Made by a program: the position numbers and the translations under genes. From an uncultured Gammaproteobacteria bacterium (GTDB lineage: Bacteria; Pseudomonadota; Gammaproteobacteria; UBA9214), in the NCBI GenBank assembly GCA_963748215.1, contig CAVVHS010000006.1:608001-672000 (forward strand): a DNA stretch of 64,000 nt, read 5' to 3'. This document shows positions 1-9,996 of this stretch, one piece after another. The notes beneath the pieces were generated by a model. The model ran no database searches and was not told the origin of the DNA. It saw only the letters and a list, made by a program, of their open reading frames with translations. How positions within the stretch are numbered: the stretch's first letter is position 1; each line of letters starts with the position of its first letter.

Positions 1-57
1 CGCCGGCCGGTTGTCCTAATCCGCAGGACGTCAATAACCCAGCGGAGTGAATCCAAA

Positions 58-645
58 ATGAACATGACCGGAATCCTGTCCCTTGCCGGGCTGCTGGCCA
101 TTTCCGCCTTTGCCGTGGCGCGATACGGCATGACCGCCCCGGCCGACGGCGCGGCATCCGGCGCACCCGACCCGGAACATGCGGAACAGGCAGGCAACTA
201 CAACAAACCCTCGGACGAGGAGTTGCGCGCCAGGCTGACGCCGCTACAGTACGAGGTCACCCAGCGAGAGGCGACCGAGCGCGCCTTCCAGAATGAATAC
301 TGGGACAACAAGGCCGCGGGAATTTATGTCGATGTCGTATCCGGTGAGCCACTGTTCAGTTCCACGGACAAATTCAAGTCCGGTACCGGCTGGCCCAGTT
401 TTACCCGGGCGATTGCCGATGACGCGCTGGTCGAGCATACCGATACGCGTTTTTTCATGAAACGCACCGAACTGAAGAGCCGGCAGGCGGCTTCACATCT
501 CGGCCACCTGTTCAATGACGGCCCCCAGCCGACCGGCCAGCGCTATTGCATCAACTCCGCCTCGCTGCGTTTCATCCCGAAGGAGAAGCTGGCCGAGGAA
601 GGCTACGGTGAATACCTGCAGCTGTTCGAGGACGAGCAACCCTGA
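58..645 (+). CDS. msrB: Peptide-methionine (R)-S-oxide reductase MsrB with N-terminal signal/membrane anchor
   Basis: [18 protein letters not shown] and RYCINSASL motifs; hydrophobic N-terminus; no Zn-binding CxxC pairs. Confidence 0.95.
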   Translation: MNMTGILSLAGLLAISAFAVARYGMTAPADGAASGAPDPEHAEQAGNYNKPSDEELRARLTPLQYEVTQREATERAFQNEYWDNKAAGIYVDVVSGEPLFSSTDKFKSGTGWPSFTRAIADDALVEHTDTRFFMKRTELKSRQAASHLGHLFNDGPQPTGQRYCINSASLRFIPKEKLAEEGYGEYLQLFEDEQP

Positions 646-653
646 AAACCTGT

Positions 654-689
654 CTCGCGCACGACTACATCCCTGTAGTCGTGCGCGAG
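654..689. repeat. Perfect 16-bp-stem hairpin between convergent genes (REP-like / possible bidirectional terminator)
   Basis: CTCGCGCACGACTACA-TCCC-TGTAGTCGTGCGCGAG, flanked by GAAAAC/GTTTTC. Confidence 0.85.
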
Positions 690-737
690 GTGTTTTCCTG
701 AGTCCTTTGCGTCTTTGCGCGAGTTTATTCGTTCTGG

Positions 738-1916
738 CTAACCGTATACCGCGCGTGCCGCATCGACGGCCACGCCGGACCGGATCGGGGCCTTCATGCC
801 GGAGAGTACGGCATCCAGCGCGCCCAGGCAGAACAGCACATTGGTCTGGTTGCTGGCGTAGCCCATCAGGCCGACGCGCCAGATCTTGCCGGCCATGGCG
901 CCGAGTCCCGCGCCGATTTCGAGATTGTATTCGTTGAGCAGGGCACTGCGTACGGCGGCCTCGTTGACGCCCTCGGGAATCGACACCGCGTTCAGCTGCG
1001 GCAGGCGCTGTCCTTCCGGCACGACGAATTTCAGACCCATGGCCTCGAAACCCGCGCGCAGCGCATCATGGTTCTTGCGGTGACGCGCCCAGGAATTTTC
1101 GATGCCCTCTTCCTGCAGGATCACCAGTGCCTCGTGCAGTCCGTACAGCGTGTTGACCGGCGCGGTATGGTGATAGGCGCGCTTGGTGCCGCCGCCCCAG
1201 TAACCGAGGATCAGGTTCAGGTCGAGGAACCAGCTCTGCACCCTGGTCTTGCGCGTGGTGATGGTCTCGACCGCTTGCTTGCTGAAGGTAACCGGCGACA
1301 GGCCGGGCACGCAGGACAGGCACTTCTGGGTGCCGGAATACACGGCATCCAGCTGCCACTCATCGACCAGCAGCGGCGAACCGGCCAGCGAGGTCACGGT
1401 ATCGGCGATCACCAGGCAGCCGTGTTCATGCGCCAGCGCCGACAGCGTCTTGGCATCCGAGATCGCGCCGGTGGAGGTCTCGGCATGCACGAAGGCCATC
1501 ACCTTGGCATCCGGGTTGGCCTTCAGCGCGGCCTCGACCTTTTCCGGATCGACGGCGACACCCCAGCTGTCCTCGACCATCACCGCGGTAGCACCGCAGC
1601 GCTCGACGTTCTCCTTCATGCGGCCGCCGAACACGCCATTCTGGCACACGATTGCCTTGTCGCCCGGTTCGAGCAGGTTGACGAAGCACATTTCCATGCC
1701 CGCCGATCCCGGCGCGGATACCGGCATGGTCAGCTCGTTATTGGTATTGAAGGCGTAACGCAGCATGACCTTCATTTCGTCCATCATGGTGACGAACACC
1801 GGATCCAGGTGCCCCAGGGTCGGGCGCGACATGGCCTCGAGAATGCGCGGGCTGACGTCGGAGGGGCCCGGGCCCATCAGGGTACGGGTCGGTGGATGGA
1901 AGGACGTGATGCTCAT
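738..1916 (-). CDS. Alanine-glyoxylate/serine-pyruvate aminotransferase family (class V PLP enzyme)
   Basis: LMGPGPS, HAETSTG, DTVTS, PLP lysine in SGTQKCLS, YHHTAP. Confidence 0.9.
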   Translation of the reverse strand: MSITSFHPPTRTLMGPGPSDVSPRILEAMSRPTLGHLDPVFVTMMDEMKVMLRYAFNTNNELTMPVSAPGSAGMEMCFVNLLEPGDKAIVCQNGVFGGRMKENVERCGATAVMVEDSWGVAVDPEKVEAALKANPDAKVMAFVHAETSTGAISDAKTLSALAHEHGCLVIADTVTSLAGSPLLVDEWQLDAVYSGTQKCLSCVPGLSPVTFSKQAVETITTRKTRVQSWFLDLNLILGYWGGGTKRAYHHTAPVNTLYGLHEALVILQEEGIENSWARHRKNHDALRAGFEAMGLKFVVPEGQRLPQLNAVSIPEGVNEAAVRSALLNEYNLEIGAGLGAMAGKIWRVGLMGYASNQTNVLFCLGALDAVLSGMKAPIRSGVAVDAARAVYG

Positions 1917-2130
1917 GTCAGGCCTCTGTTTGCTGTTGTGGACAGGGTGAAAAATTCAAAGCGGTGATTCTAGCATCTTCCAGGCATGCCCCGTACAGCC
2001 GCACAAGGCGTGGACAGGGCGCCGGACCCGGGTCCTATGCCAGTTTCCGGTACCTGGTATTTATAGAGTGCATTCAGTGAGTAAGGACTGTTTCATGTTG
2101 TGCTTTCCGCAACCGTGTTGCGTTCCATGG

Positions 2131-4134
2131 TCAGCGGTACAGAAAACAGCGCACCGGGTGGCCGGGCGTGCCGTAGTCATCCGGGTAGGCACTGGCGCAC
2201 TGCGGCATGGCGTCGGGACAGCGCGGGTGAAAATGGCAGCCCGTCGGCGGACGCGCCGGTGACGGCATATCGCCTTCCAGGCGGATGATCTCGCGCCGGG
2301 CATCGGCATCGAGCGTCGGCACGGCCGACAGCAGGGAGCGCGTGTAGGGATGCTGCGGACGTTCCAGCACCTCGTTCACCGGTCCTTCTTCCACGATGCG
2401 GCCGAGGTACATGACCGCGACACGGTCGGCCAGGTACGACACCACCGACAGGTTATGGGTGATGAACAGGTAGGACAGGCCGAGCGAATTCTGCAGTTCC
2501 TTCAGCAGGTTCAGGATCTGCGCCTGCACGGACACATCCAGCGCACTGGTCGGCTCGTCGCAGATCACCAGTTGCGGATCGACCGCCAGGGCGCGCGCGA
2601 TGCAGATGCGCTGGCGCTGGCCACCGGAGAATTCGTGCGGGTAACGCTGCAGGTGCCTGGGCGACAGGCCGACCTGCGCGAACAGCGACGTCACCCGTGC
2701 CTGCCGCTGTGCGCGGGTCTTGCCGATGCCCTGCGCCACCATGCCCTCTTCCACGATATCGCCGACCATCATGCGCGGGTTCATGGAGGAATACGGATCC
2801 TGGAAGATAAACTGGAAATCCGCGCGCCGCTTGCGCAGGGCCTCGCCCCGCAGTTGCGTCAGCTCGACGCCATCGAAGCGCACGCTGCCGCCTGTCGGAC
2901 GGATCAGTTGCAGGATGCCCTTGCCCGCCGTGGTCTTGCCGCAGCCGGATTCGCCGACCAGCGCGAGCGTGCTGCCGCGCGGAATAGCGAACGACACGCC
3001 GTCGACGGCATAGACGTGCCCGGCGACGCGTTTGAAGACGCCTTTGTGAATCGGGAAATGCACCTTGAGATCGCTCACCTCGAGCAGCATGCCGTCGCGC
3101 ACCGCCTGCCTGTCGCTGCTCGCAACGGCTGGCGCGGCAGCAGTCAGTGCCGGCGCATCGATGGCCGGGTCGGCGCGGTGGCAGCGCGCATGCTGCTGTT
3201 CCGATACCGCGTTCCAGGCCGGGACGCGGGTTTTGCAATAGTCCCAGCCGACATCGCAACGGTCGGCAAAGCGGCAGCCGGTGAATTGCCGGTTCAGCGC
3301 CGGCACCGTGCCGCGAATGGTATCGAGCGCCTGCTCGCGCTTGCGCACGTCAGGCAGCGAGTCGAACAGTTTGCGGCTGTAGGGGTGAGCGGCGGCGGCA
3401 TAGAAGCGGTCGCGCCCGGCCTCCTCGACCAGCTGCCCGGCATACATGACGGCCACGCGGTCGGCCATGTCGGCGACGATGCCGAGATCATGGGTAATCA
3501 GCAGGATTGCCATGTGCATCTCCTGCTGCAGTTTCTGCAGCAGTTCCAGCACCTGGGCCTGGATGGTGACATCCAGTGCCGTGGTCGGTTCGTCGGCTAT
3601 CAGCAGGTCGGGCTTGCCGGCCAGTGCGATCGAGATCATCACGCGTTGCTTCATGCCGCCGGACAGCTGGTGCGGGTATTCGTCGATGCGGCGCCCGGCA
3701 TCGGGGATGCCGACCGCGTCCAGCAGTTCCAGCACGCGCTCGCGCGCCGCGCGTCCGCGCATTGCGAAATGCTGGCCAAGCACCTCACCGATCTGGTCGC
3801 CGATGGTCAGTACCGGGTTCAGCGAGGTCATCGGCTCCTGGAAGATCATGGAAATCCGCCGGCCGCGAATCCGCCGCATGCCGGATTCCGGCAGCGCGGT
3901 GAGTTCCTCGTCGCCGAGCCAGACATGGCCAGCGGTGATGCGGCCGATGGGTTGCGGGAGCAGGCGCAGGATAGACAGCGCGGTCATGGACTTGCCGCAG
4001 CCGGACTCGCCGAGCAGTGCGAAGGTCTCGCCGCGCCTGATGGACAGGCTGACACCGTCGACCGGGCGGATGGCATTGCTGCCGCTGCCCAGTTGCACCG
4101 TCAGGTCCTCGATTCTCAGTAACGGTTCGGACAT
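2131..4134 (-). CDS. Peptide/nickel-type ABC transporter ATP-binding protein with two fused ATPase domains
   Basis: Two Walker A motifs (GESGCGKS, GESGCGKT), LSGG/FSGGQ signatures, oligo_HPY-like C-terminal regions; start set at MSEPLL (4155 is an alternative). Confidence 0.92.
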   Translation of the reverse strand: MSEPLLRIEDLTVQLGSGSNAIRPVDGVSLSIRRGETFALLGESGCGKSMTALSILRLLPQPIGRITAGHVWLGDEELTALPESGMRRIRGRRISMIFQEPMTSLNPVLTIGDQIGEVLGQHFAMRGRAARERVLELLDAVGIPDAGRRIDEYPHQLSGGMKQRVMISIALAGKPDLLIADEPTTALDVTIQAQVLELLQKLQQEMHMAILLITHDLGIVADMADRVAVMYAGQLVEEAGRDRFYAAAAHPYSRKLFDSLPDVRKREQALDTIRGTVPALNRQFTGCRFADRCDVGWDYCKTRVPAWNAVSEQQHARCHRADPAIDAPALTAAAPAVASSDRQAVRDGMLLEVSDLKVHFPIHKGVFKRVAGHVYAVDGVSFAIPRGSTLALVGESGCGKTTAGKGILQLIRPTGGSVRFDGVELTQLRGEALRKRRADFQFIFQDPYSSMNPRMMVGDIVEEGMVAQGIGKTRAQRQARVTSLFAQVGLSPRHLQRYPHEFSGGQRQRICIARALAVDPQLVICDEPTSALDVSVQAQILNLLKELQNSLGLSYLFITHNLSVVSYLADRVAVMYLGRIVEEGPVNEVLERPQHPYTRSLLSAVPTLDADARREIIRLEGDMPSPARPPTGCHFHPRCPDAMPQCASAYPDDYGTPGHPVRCFLYR

Positions 4135-4183
4135 CGTCCTGCTTGCTCCTGTCATGCCGGTATCGGTGCGGTGTGAGCTGTCA

Positions 4184-5593
4184 TTACCGGTCACGGGTGT
4201 GCGGGTCGAAGGCGTCGCGCACGGCATCGGAAAAAAGGTTCGCGGCCAGCACCAGCGTAAACATGAACAGGAAGGCGGACAGCAACGACCACCAGACCAC
4301 CGGTTCGCGCGCCATTTCCAGGCGCGCGCTGTTGATCATGTTGCCCCAGCTGTTCATGGTCGAATCCACGCCCACGCCGACGTAGGACAGCACCGCCTCC
4401 GCCAGCACCAGGCCACTGAAGTCCAGCACCACGGTGATCAGCACGATGTGCATGACGTTCGGCAGGATGTGGCGCGTGATGATGCGGCCGTGCGACACAC
4501 CGAACGAGACCGCGGCCTGGATGTACTCTGCCTCGCGCAGCTTGAGCGACTCGCCGCGCAGCAGGCGGCACAGGCCGGTCCAGCTGGTGATGCCGAGGAT
4601 GATGCACAGGAACAGCAGACGGATATCCGCCCGTTCCACCGTGGTTTCGAACATCTCGGGATGATTGGCCATGTAGACCTGCAGCATCAGGATGGCCGCG
4701 GCGATCAGCAGCACGTGCGGGATGGAATTCAGCGTCGTATAGATATACTGCACCACGTCATCGATCCAGCCGCGCGCATAGCCGGCCACGATACCCATGA
4801 AGATGGCGAACGGCAGCATCACCAGCGTGGTCAGCGTGCCGATCAACAGGCCGGTGCGCACGCTCTTCAGCGACTGGTACAGCACGTCCTGGCCGACCTT
4901 GTCCGTCCCGAGCATGTGGTAGACACCGGCCAGGTTGACGACAAGCAGGAAGAACAGCAACAGCAGCGTGACAGTCACCAGGATCGTGCGCCAGGGCATG
5001 TCCGCCTGCCCTGACAGTATCCGGCCGGCCATGTCGCGTACCGTCTGCCCGTTGCGCCGGCCCTGCCATGCCGACAGCAGCCATAGCAGCATGACGCCAC
5101 CCAGCATGGCACCGGCCAGCGCACGCAGGCTGCGCTGCAGGATATCGGTGGCCTTGCTCATCCCGCTCGCAGCGAGGTGCGCCCCGCCGTACTGCAGCGG
5201 CGGGTACGCGCGCACCTCCGAGCCGTCATCCAGTTCCACCGTCTCCCGGGCATACAGATGCGTGGCGAACGGCGCGGAATAGGTCTTTTCCACCTGCGTG
5301 CGCAGCGGTCCGGCCAGCACGTCGAGCACGCTCAGCATCTCGACGGCATAGTGCACCTCGCCGTCCTTGCCGTTACCGTCCAGCGGCAGGCGAAAATGCA
5401 GCGAATCGAGCAGCCCTGTCAGCACGAAGGCCAGCAGCACCACGGCAGACGCCGCCGCGATACGACCGGTGAACACCCGCTTCCAGGGTGTCGCGATATG
5501 CGGCTTGCGGCGCGCGTACAGGATGAAGGCGATGACCACCAGCGTGAGCAGGAACACCAGCGCATCGGTCCACAGGATCGCCGGCCTGATCAT
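4184..5593 (-). CDS. Peptide ABC transporter permease (DppC/OppC-like)
   Basis: LGTDKVGQDV, EYIQAAVSFG EAA loop, RHILPN; start set at MIRPAILW, overlapping the upstream stop. Confidence 0.9.
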   Translation of the reverse strand: MIRPAILWTDALVFLLTLVVIAFILYARRKPHIATPWKRVFTGRIAAASAVVLLAFVLTGLLDSLHFRLPLDGNGKDGEVHYAVEMLSVLDVLAGPLRTQVEKTYSAPFATHLYARETVELDDGSEVRAYPPLQYGGAHLAASGMSKATDILQRSLRALAGAMLGGVMLLWLLSAWQGRRNGQTVRDMAGRILSGQADMPWRTILVTVTLLLLFFLLVVNLAGVYHMLGTDKVGQDVLYQSLKSVRTGLLIGTLTTLVMLPFAIFMGIVAGYARGWIDDVVQYIYTTLNSIPHVLLIAAAILMLQVYMANHPEMFETTVERADIRLLFLCIILGITSWTGLCRLLRGESLKLREAEYIQAAVSFGVSHGRIITRHILPNVMHIVLITVVLDFSGLVLAEAVLSYVGVGVDSTMNSWGNMINSARLEMAREPVVWWSLLSAFLFMFTLVLAANLFSDAVRDAFDPHTRDR

Positions 5594-6567
5594 GTCAGGC
5601 GCACCCTGGGGTCGACGATGGTGTAGGTGATATCGACCAGGATCAGGCCGATGATATACAGCACCGAGCCCAGGAACACCATGACGCGCACGATGGCGAA
5701 ATCCTGGTTGTTGATGGCGTCGATGGTGTAGCTGCCGAGCCCGGGGATGGCGAAAAACGACTCGGTGAGCAGGCTGCCCATGAACAGCAGCGGCAGGATA
5801 ACCACCACGCCGGTGACGATGGGGATCAGTGCGTTCCTGAGGATATGCCGGAACAGCACCAGCATTTCCGACAGGCCCTTGGCACGCGCGGTACGGATAT
5901 AGTCCTTGCCGGCCTCTTCCAGGAAAAATGTGCGGTACCAGCGTGCGCCGGAGCCGATGCCGCTGACCACGCCGATGATCACCGGCAGCACGATGAACTT
6001 GAGTGCGTCGATGCCGCCGGCGAAGCCCGAGATCGGCATCAGCCGGAACAGCTTGGCGAGCAGGAACTGGCCACCGATGATGTAGAACATGCCGGAGATG
6101 GACATCAGCACCACGCACAGGATGACGCCGGAGGTATCGAGATAACTGCCGCGGAAGAACGCCATCAGCAGGGCGAAGGTGATATTGACCAGCAAGCCGA
6201 GCAGCAGTGCCGGCAACGCAATGGCAAGACTCGGCAACATGCGCTGGCTGATATCGTAGCTGATATCGCGGCCGTCATCCGAATAGCCGAAATCGAAGGC
6301 AAACAGGCGTACCGACTTTTCGAAGAAGATGGTGTCGGTGACCTGGCCGATGCCGTCGGCCGCGCCGTTCAGCAACAGCGGCTTGTCGTAGCCGTGGCTG
6401 GCCTTCCATTTCTGGACGGCCTCCTCGGTGACGTGCTTCATGCCCAGGTGCATGCGCGCCATGTCATCCGGCGAGTTGACGACGAAAAACAGGTAGAAGG
6501 TGAGCACGTTGACCCCGATCAGGATCGGGACGGCATAGAGCACGCGGCGAATGATGTAGGCGAACAT
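5590..6567 (-). CDS. Peptide ABC transporter permease (DppB/OppB-like)
   Basis: MFAYIIRR start, DYIRTARAKGL EAA loop, HILRNAL, DPRVR C-terminus. Confidence 0.92.
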   Translation of the reverse strand: MFAYIIRRVLYAVPILIGVNVLTFYLFFVVNSPDDMARMHLGMKHVTEEAVQKWKASHGYDKPLLLNGAADGIGQVTDTIFFEKSVRLFAFDFGYSDDGRDISYDISQRMLPSLAIALPALLLGLLVNITFALLMAFFRGSYLDTSGVILCVVLMSISGMFYIIGGQFLLAKLFRLMPISGFAGGIDALKFIVLPVIIGVVSGIGSGARWYRTFFLEEAGKDYIRTARAKGLSEMLVLFRHILRNALIPIVTGVVVILPLLFMGSLLTESFFAIPGLGSYTIDAINNQDFAIVRVMVFLGSVLYIIGLILVDITYTIVDPRVRLT

Positions 6568-8793
6568 CAGGCCGCATCCTGCCAGGCTGGCTGGTGCTGG
6601 CGGCGCCGGTAACCCAGGTATGCCGGCAGCACGACCAGCAGCAGCAGGCCGCCGAGTGCATACAGCGGCCAGCGTACCGGCCGGTTCCATTCTGCCTGCA
6701 TCCTGGCGCGCAGCGCGGGATCGATGCGCCGGTACTTCAGCGAGTTGTTGGCCATGAGGTTGGGCTTGGCGTTTTTATACCAGGCGTGATGCAGCGAAAA
6801 CTGTTTCGGGAAGTAGCCCCACACCCAGGGTACATCGTGCCGCGCGATATCCATCATGCGCGTGATCAGTTCGGCGCGTTGCGGCGTATTGTCCATGTTC
6901 TTGACCTGGTCGAACAGGCGGTCGAATTCGGCGTTGTTGTAGTTCGCGGCATTCTCGCCGTTCAGGCCGACCTTGCTGTTGGGGCCATACAGCAGGAACA
7001 GGAAATTCTCCGGGTCGGGATAATCCGCGTTCCAGCCCCACTGGAAGATCTGCGCCGTGCCCTTGAGCATCTTGTCCTGGAAACGGTTGTAGTCGGTGCC
7101 GCGGATCACCAGCTGCAGATTGAGCTTGGCGAATTGCTTGGCCAGCCAGTCCAGCCGCGCCTTGGCATCCGGCCCGGTCGAGGCGGTATCGAAATTCAGC
7201 ACCAGTGGTTTGCCGGTGTTGATATCGCGCCCCTCCGGGTAGCCGGCCTCGGCCAGCAACCGGCGCGCGACCTCGATCGGCTTGCGCCGCGGCCCGCCCG
7301 GCGTGACAGTCGTAAACCTGCGTGTCGATGCCCGCGGCACCATCGGTAAAACCGAAGATCCCCGGGGGGATCATGCCATGTGCCGGTATGCCGCGGCCGT
7401 TGAGGAAGATCGAGACATATTCCTCGGTATCGATGGCGATCGCGATCGCCTGGCGCAGCTTGCGCGCTTGCTCGGTGTAACCGCCGACGACCGGGTCCTG
7501 CATGTTGAAGCCGGTGTAGAAAATCGAGGTCGAGACCGAGGTATTGAGCTGGATACCCTGCGCCTGCATGGCCTCGGTGAGATTGACCTCGCCGCCGGCA
7601 CCGACGTTGATCGCCTGGTCGAAACTGTCGGACGAAATGCCCGAGGCATCGTAGTAGCCCTGCAGGAACTTGTTCCAGTAGGGAATATCCTCCTTTTCCA
7701 GGCTGAACACGATCCGGTCGATGAACGGCAGCGGCTTGCCGGCATCATCCAGCATACCGGCCTCGCGATCGCCCGGTTCACCTGCGACGGGATAGGTCTC
7801 GCCGTGAAAGTTCGGATTGCGTTCCATCACCATCTGCCGGTTCGGGTTGTTGACCGTGAGCATGTAGGGGCCGGTGCCGACCGGGTACCAGTCGAGCGTG
7901 ATGTTACGCGCCGAAAGGCCGGGCTGTGCGTAGAAGGCATCGACCTCAGGCGGCACGGGTGCGAAAAACGGCATCGCCAGCCAGTACAGCAGTTGCGGGT
8001 ACTTGCCCTTGATGGTGATCCGGTAACGATAACGGTCCAGCACCTCGGCACCGGCCAGCGGGTACTGCGCCAGGTCGAGCCAGGCCCCTTCGCCCTGCGC
8101 GGCCGCCAGTTCTTCCCAGGCATTCTCCAGCGTCTTTGCGTAATCGCCGAGGCCGTCGATGTAGTCGCTCATCAGGCCGAAGATCGGCGAGTGCAGTTTC
8201 GGATGCGCCAGCCGCTTGATCTGGTAGACATAGTCGGCTGCCACCAGTTCGCGCGTCCCGGTCTGCGTGAAATCGGCCAGCGAGTGTATCTCGTCAAGCT
8301 GCTCGGTGCTCAACTGGTCATACAGCAGTCCGCCCGCACTGTCACGCGCAAACGCCGGATGTGGCTGGTAGTAAATACCGGGCCGGATCTCGATGTCGTA
8401 ATCACTGAAGGCGATCGCCTCGACCGGCGCATCATCGGCCAGGGGCTTGCCGTCCGCATCACGATAATGCGCAACCGGCACCGCCGTGACGGTCAGCGGA
8501 ATCAGTTCATAGGGGCGTTTCAGATAGTGATACTGCAGGGGCGGTTCGTAGATCTGCCCGGTGAAGGTCACCTCGTTGGAGCTGTAGGACTGCGCCGGGT
8601 CGAGGTGATTGGGACGTTCCTGGAACGACGAATAGAGAATGTTGTTGGCGGCATCCGCGGCCGGGTATGGCCGGTTCCACGGCTGTCCGTCACAGGCAGC
8701 GAGGAGCAGCACCGCGCACACCACACCGGCCACACCCGCCGGTAACAGTCTGTTCAGCCATGACCTGCCACTCTGTAGGGGTTCCGCATGCAT
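6567..8793 (-). CDS. ABC transporter substrate-binding lipoprotein (family 5), +1 frameshift near 7295
   Basis: Lipobox LAAC, LDPA, PVGTGPY; C-terminal half (WNADYPDPENF) continues in the 6567..7343 frame. Confidence 0.85.
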
Positions 8794-8837
8794 GGTCGGC
8801 TATTATAGGGATCGCCCTGCCAGGATTCATGCTTTTC

Positions 8838-9101
8838 GTAGCCCGCCTTTTGCGCCAGCATCCGGGATGCTGGCGCTGGACAGGTGCGGCTGGGCGCTGC
8901 TCTGGAACGAAAGTGGTAGTTGTAGCTACCACTTGAGTGAAGAGCAAGTCCAGGCGTGACTGGACCAGTCAGAGCCCGGATAGGCTGCGGTCCGACGAAA
9001 AACTACCCTTCGGAAATTATCCTGAACATTGACAGGTACACGTTTGTTGTACAGCAGTGTATACGCGGGTCCGCGGCCGGCTGGTGCAAAAGGCGGGCTA
9101 G
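8838..9101. mobile_element. Diverged long-form copy (264 bp) of the CTAG-bounded MITE-like family
   Basis: Inverted ends GTAGCCCGCCTTTTGCGCCAG ... CTGGTGCAAAAGGCGGGCTAG; internal 8862-8981 aligns with segments of the 52777-53279 copy. Confidence 0.8.
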
Positions 9102-9201
9102 GCTTCAACTGGCGGACCTTTTCCGGTAACGTATCGGCTCTGCTCGCGGGCGCAACCGGCCCGTGCTTATCCGGACTTCAATTACATATCAGGGAACTGC
9201 C

Positions 9202-9996
9202 ATGGGATTCTTGAGCGGGAAACGTGCACTCATCGTCGGGCTGGCCAGCAACCGGTCGATCGCCTGGGGCATTGCACGGGCCATGCTGCGAGAAGGCGCC
9301 GAACTGGCCTTCAGTTATCCAAACGACAAGATGCGCGAACGGGTCGCCAAGATGGCCACGGAGTGCGGCACTGATATCGTGCTGCCCTGCGATGTCAGCA
9401 GTGATGCGCAGATCGAGGCCCTGTTCGGCGACCTGGGCAAGCGCTGGGACGGTCTGGACATCATCGTGCACTCGGTTGCCTTTGCCCCGGCCGACCAGCT
9501 GGCCGGCGATTTTCTCGACTGCATCTCCCGCGAAGGCTTCGCGATCGCCCACGACATCAGCTCCTATAGCTTCGCGGCGCTGGCCAAGGCCGGCTACCCG
9601 CTGATGAAGGGACGCGGTGGTTCCCTGCTGACCCTCAGCTACCTGGGCGCGGTGCAGACCATCCCGAACTACAACGTCATGGGCCTGGCCAAGGCCAGCC
9701 TGGAAGCCAATGTACGCTACCTGGCACAGAGTCTAGGTCCGAAGGGTATTCGCGTGAACGGCATTTCCGCCGGCCCGATCCGGACCCTGGCCGCCTCGGG
9801 CATCAGCAACTTCCGCAAGCTGCTGGACAACTTCGCCCACACCGCGCCGCTGCGCCGCAACGTCACCATCGATGACGTCGGCAATACCGCCGCGTTCCTG
9901 TGTTCCGATCTCGCTGCCGGCATTACCGGTGAAATCACCTACGTGGACGGCGGCTACAACATCGTCGGCATGGCACCGCTCAGCCAGGACGGCTGA
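9202..9996 (+). CDS. fabI: Enoyl-ACP reductase FabI
   Basis: [39 protein letters not shown]. Confidence 0.97.
   Translation: MGFLSGKRALIVGLASNRSIAWGIARAMLREGAELAFSYPNDKMRERVAKMATECGTDIVLPCDVSSDAQIEALFGDLGKRWDGLDIIVHSVAFAPADQLAGDFLDCISREGFAIAHDISSYSFAALAKAGYPLMKGRGGSLLTLSYLGAVQTIPNYNVMGLAKASLEANVRYLAQSLGPKGIRVNGISAGPIRTLAASGISNFRKLLDNFAHTAPLRRNVTIDDVGNTAAFLCSDLAAGITGEITYVDGGYNIVGMAPLSQDG

Noticed and set aside
1938-2019. GTGGACAGGG direct repeat, and a possible glycine riboswitch upstream of the aminotransferase
   Set aside because: Only a 10-bp pair in GC-rich DNA; glycine-aptamer motifs not found on the coding strand
2350-4122. Long antisense ORFs (e.g. 2350..4122, 7282..8745, 14052..15260, 27659..28948, 43204..44472, 45900..47468)
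   Set aside because: Shadow frames opposite well-supported genes, typical of high-GC codon usage; no recognisable motifs
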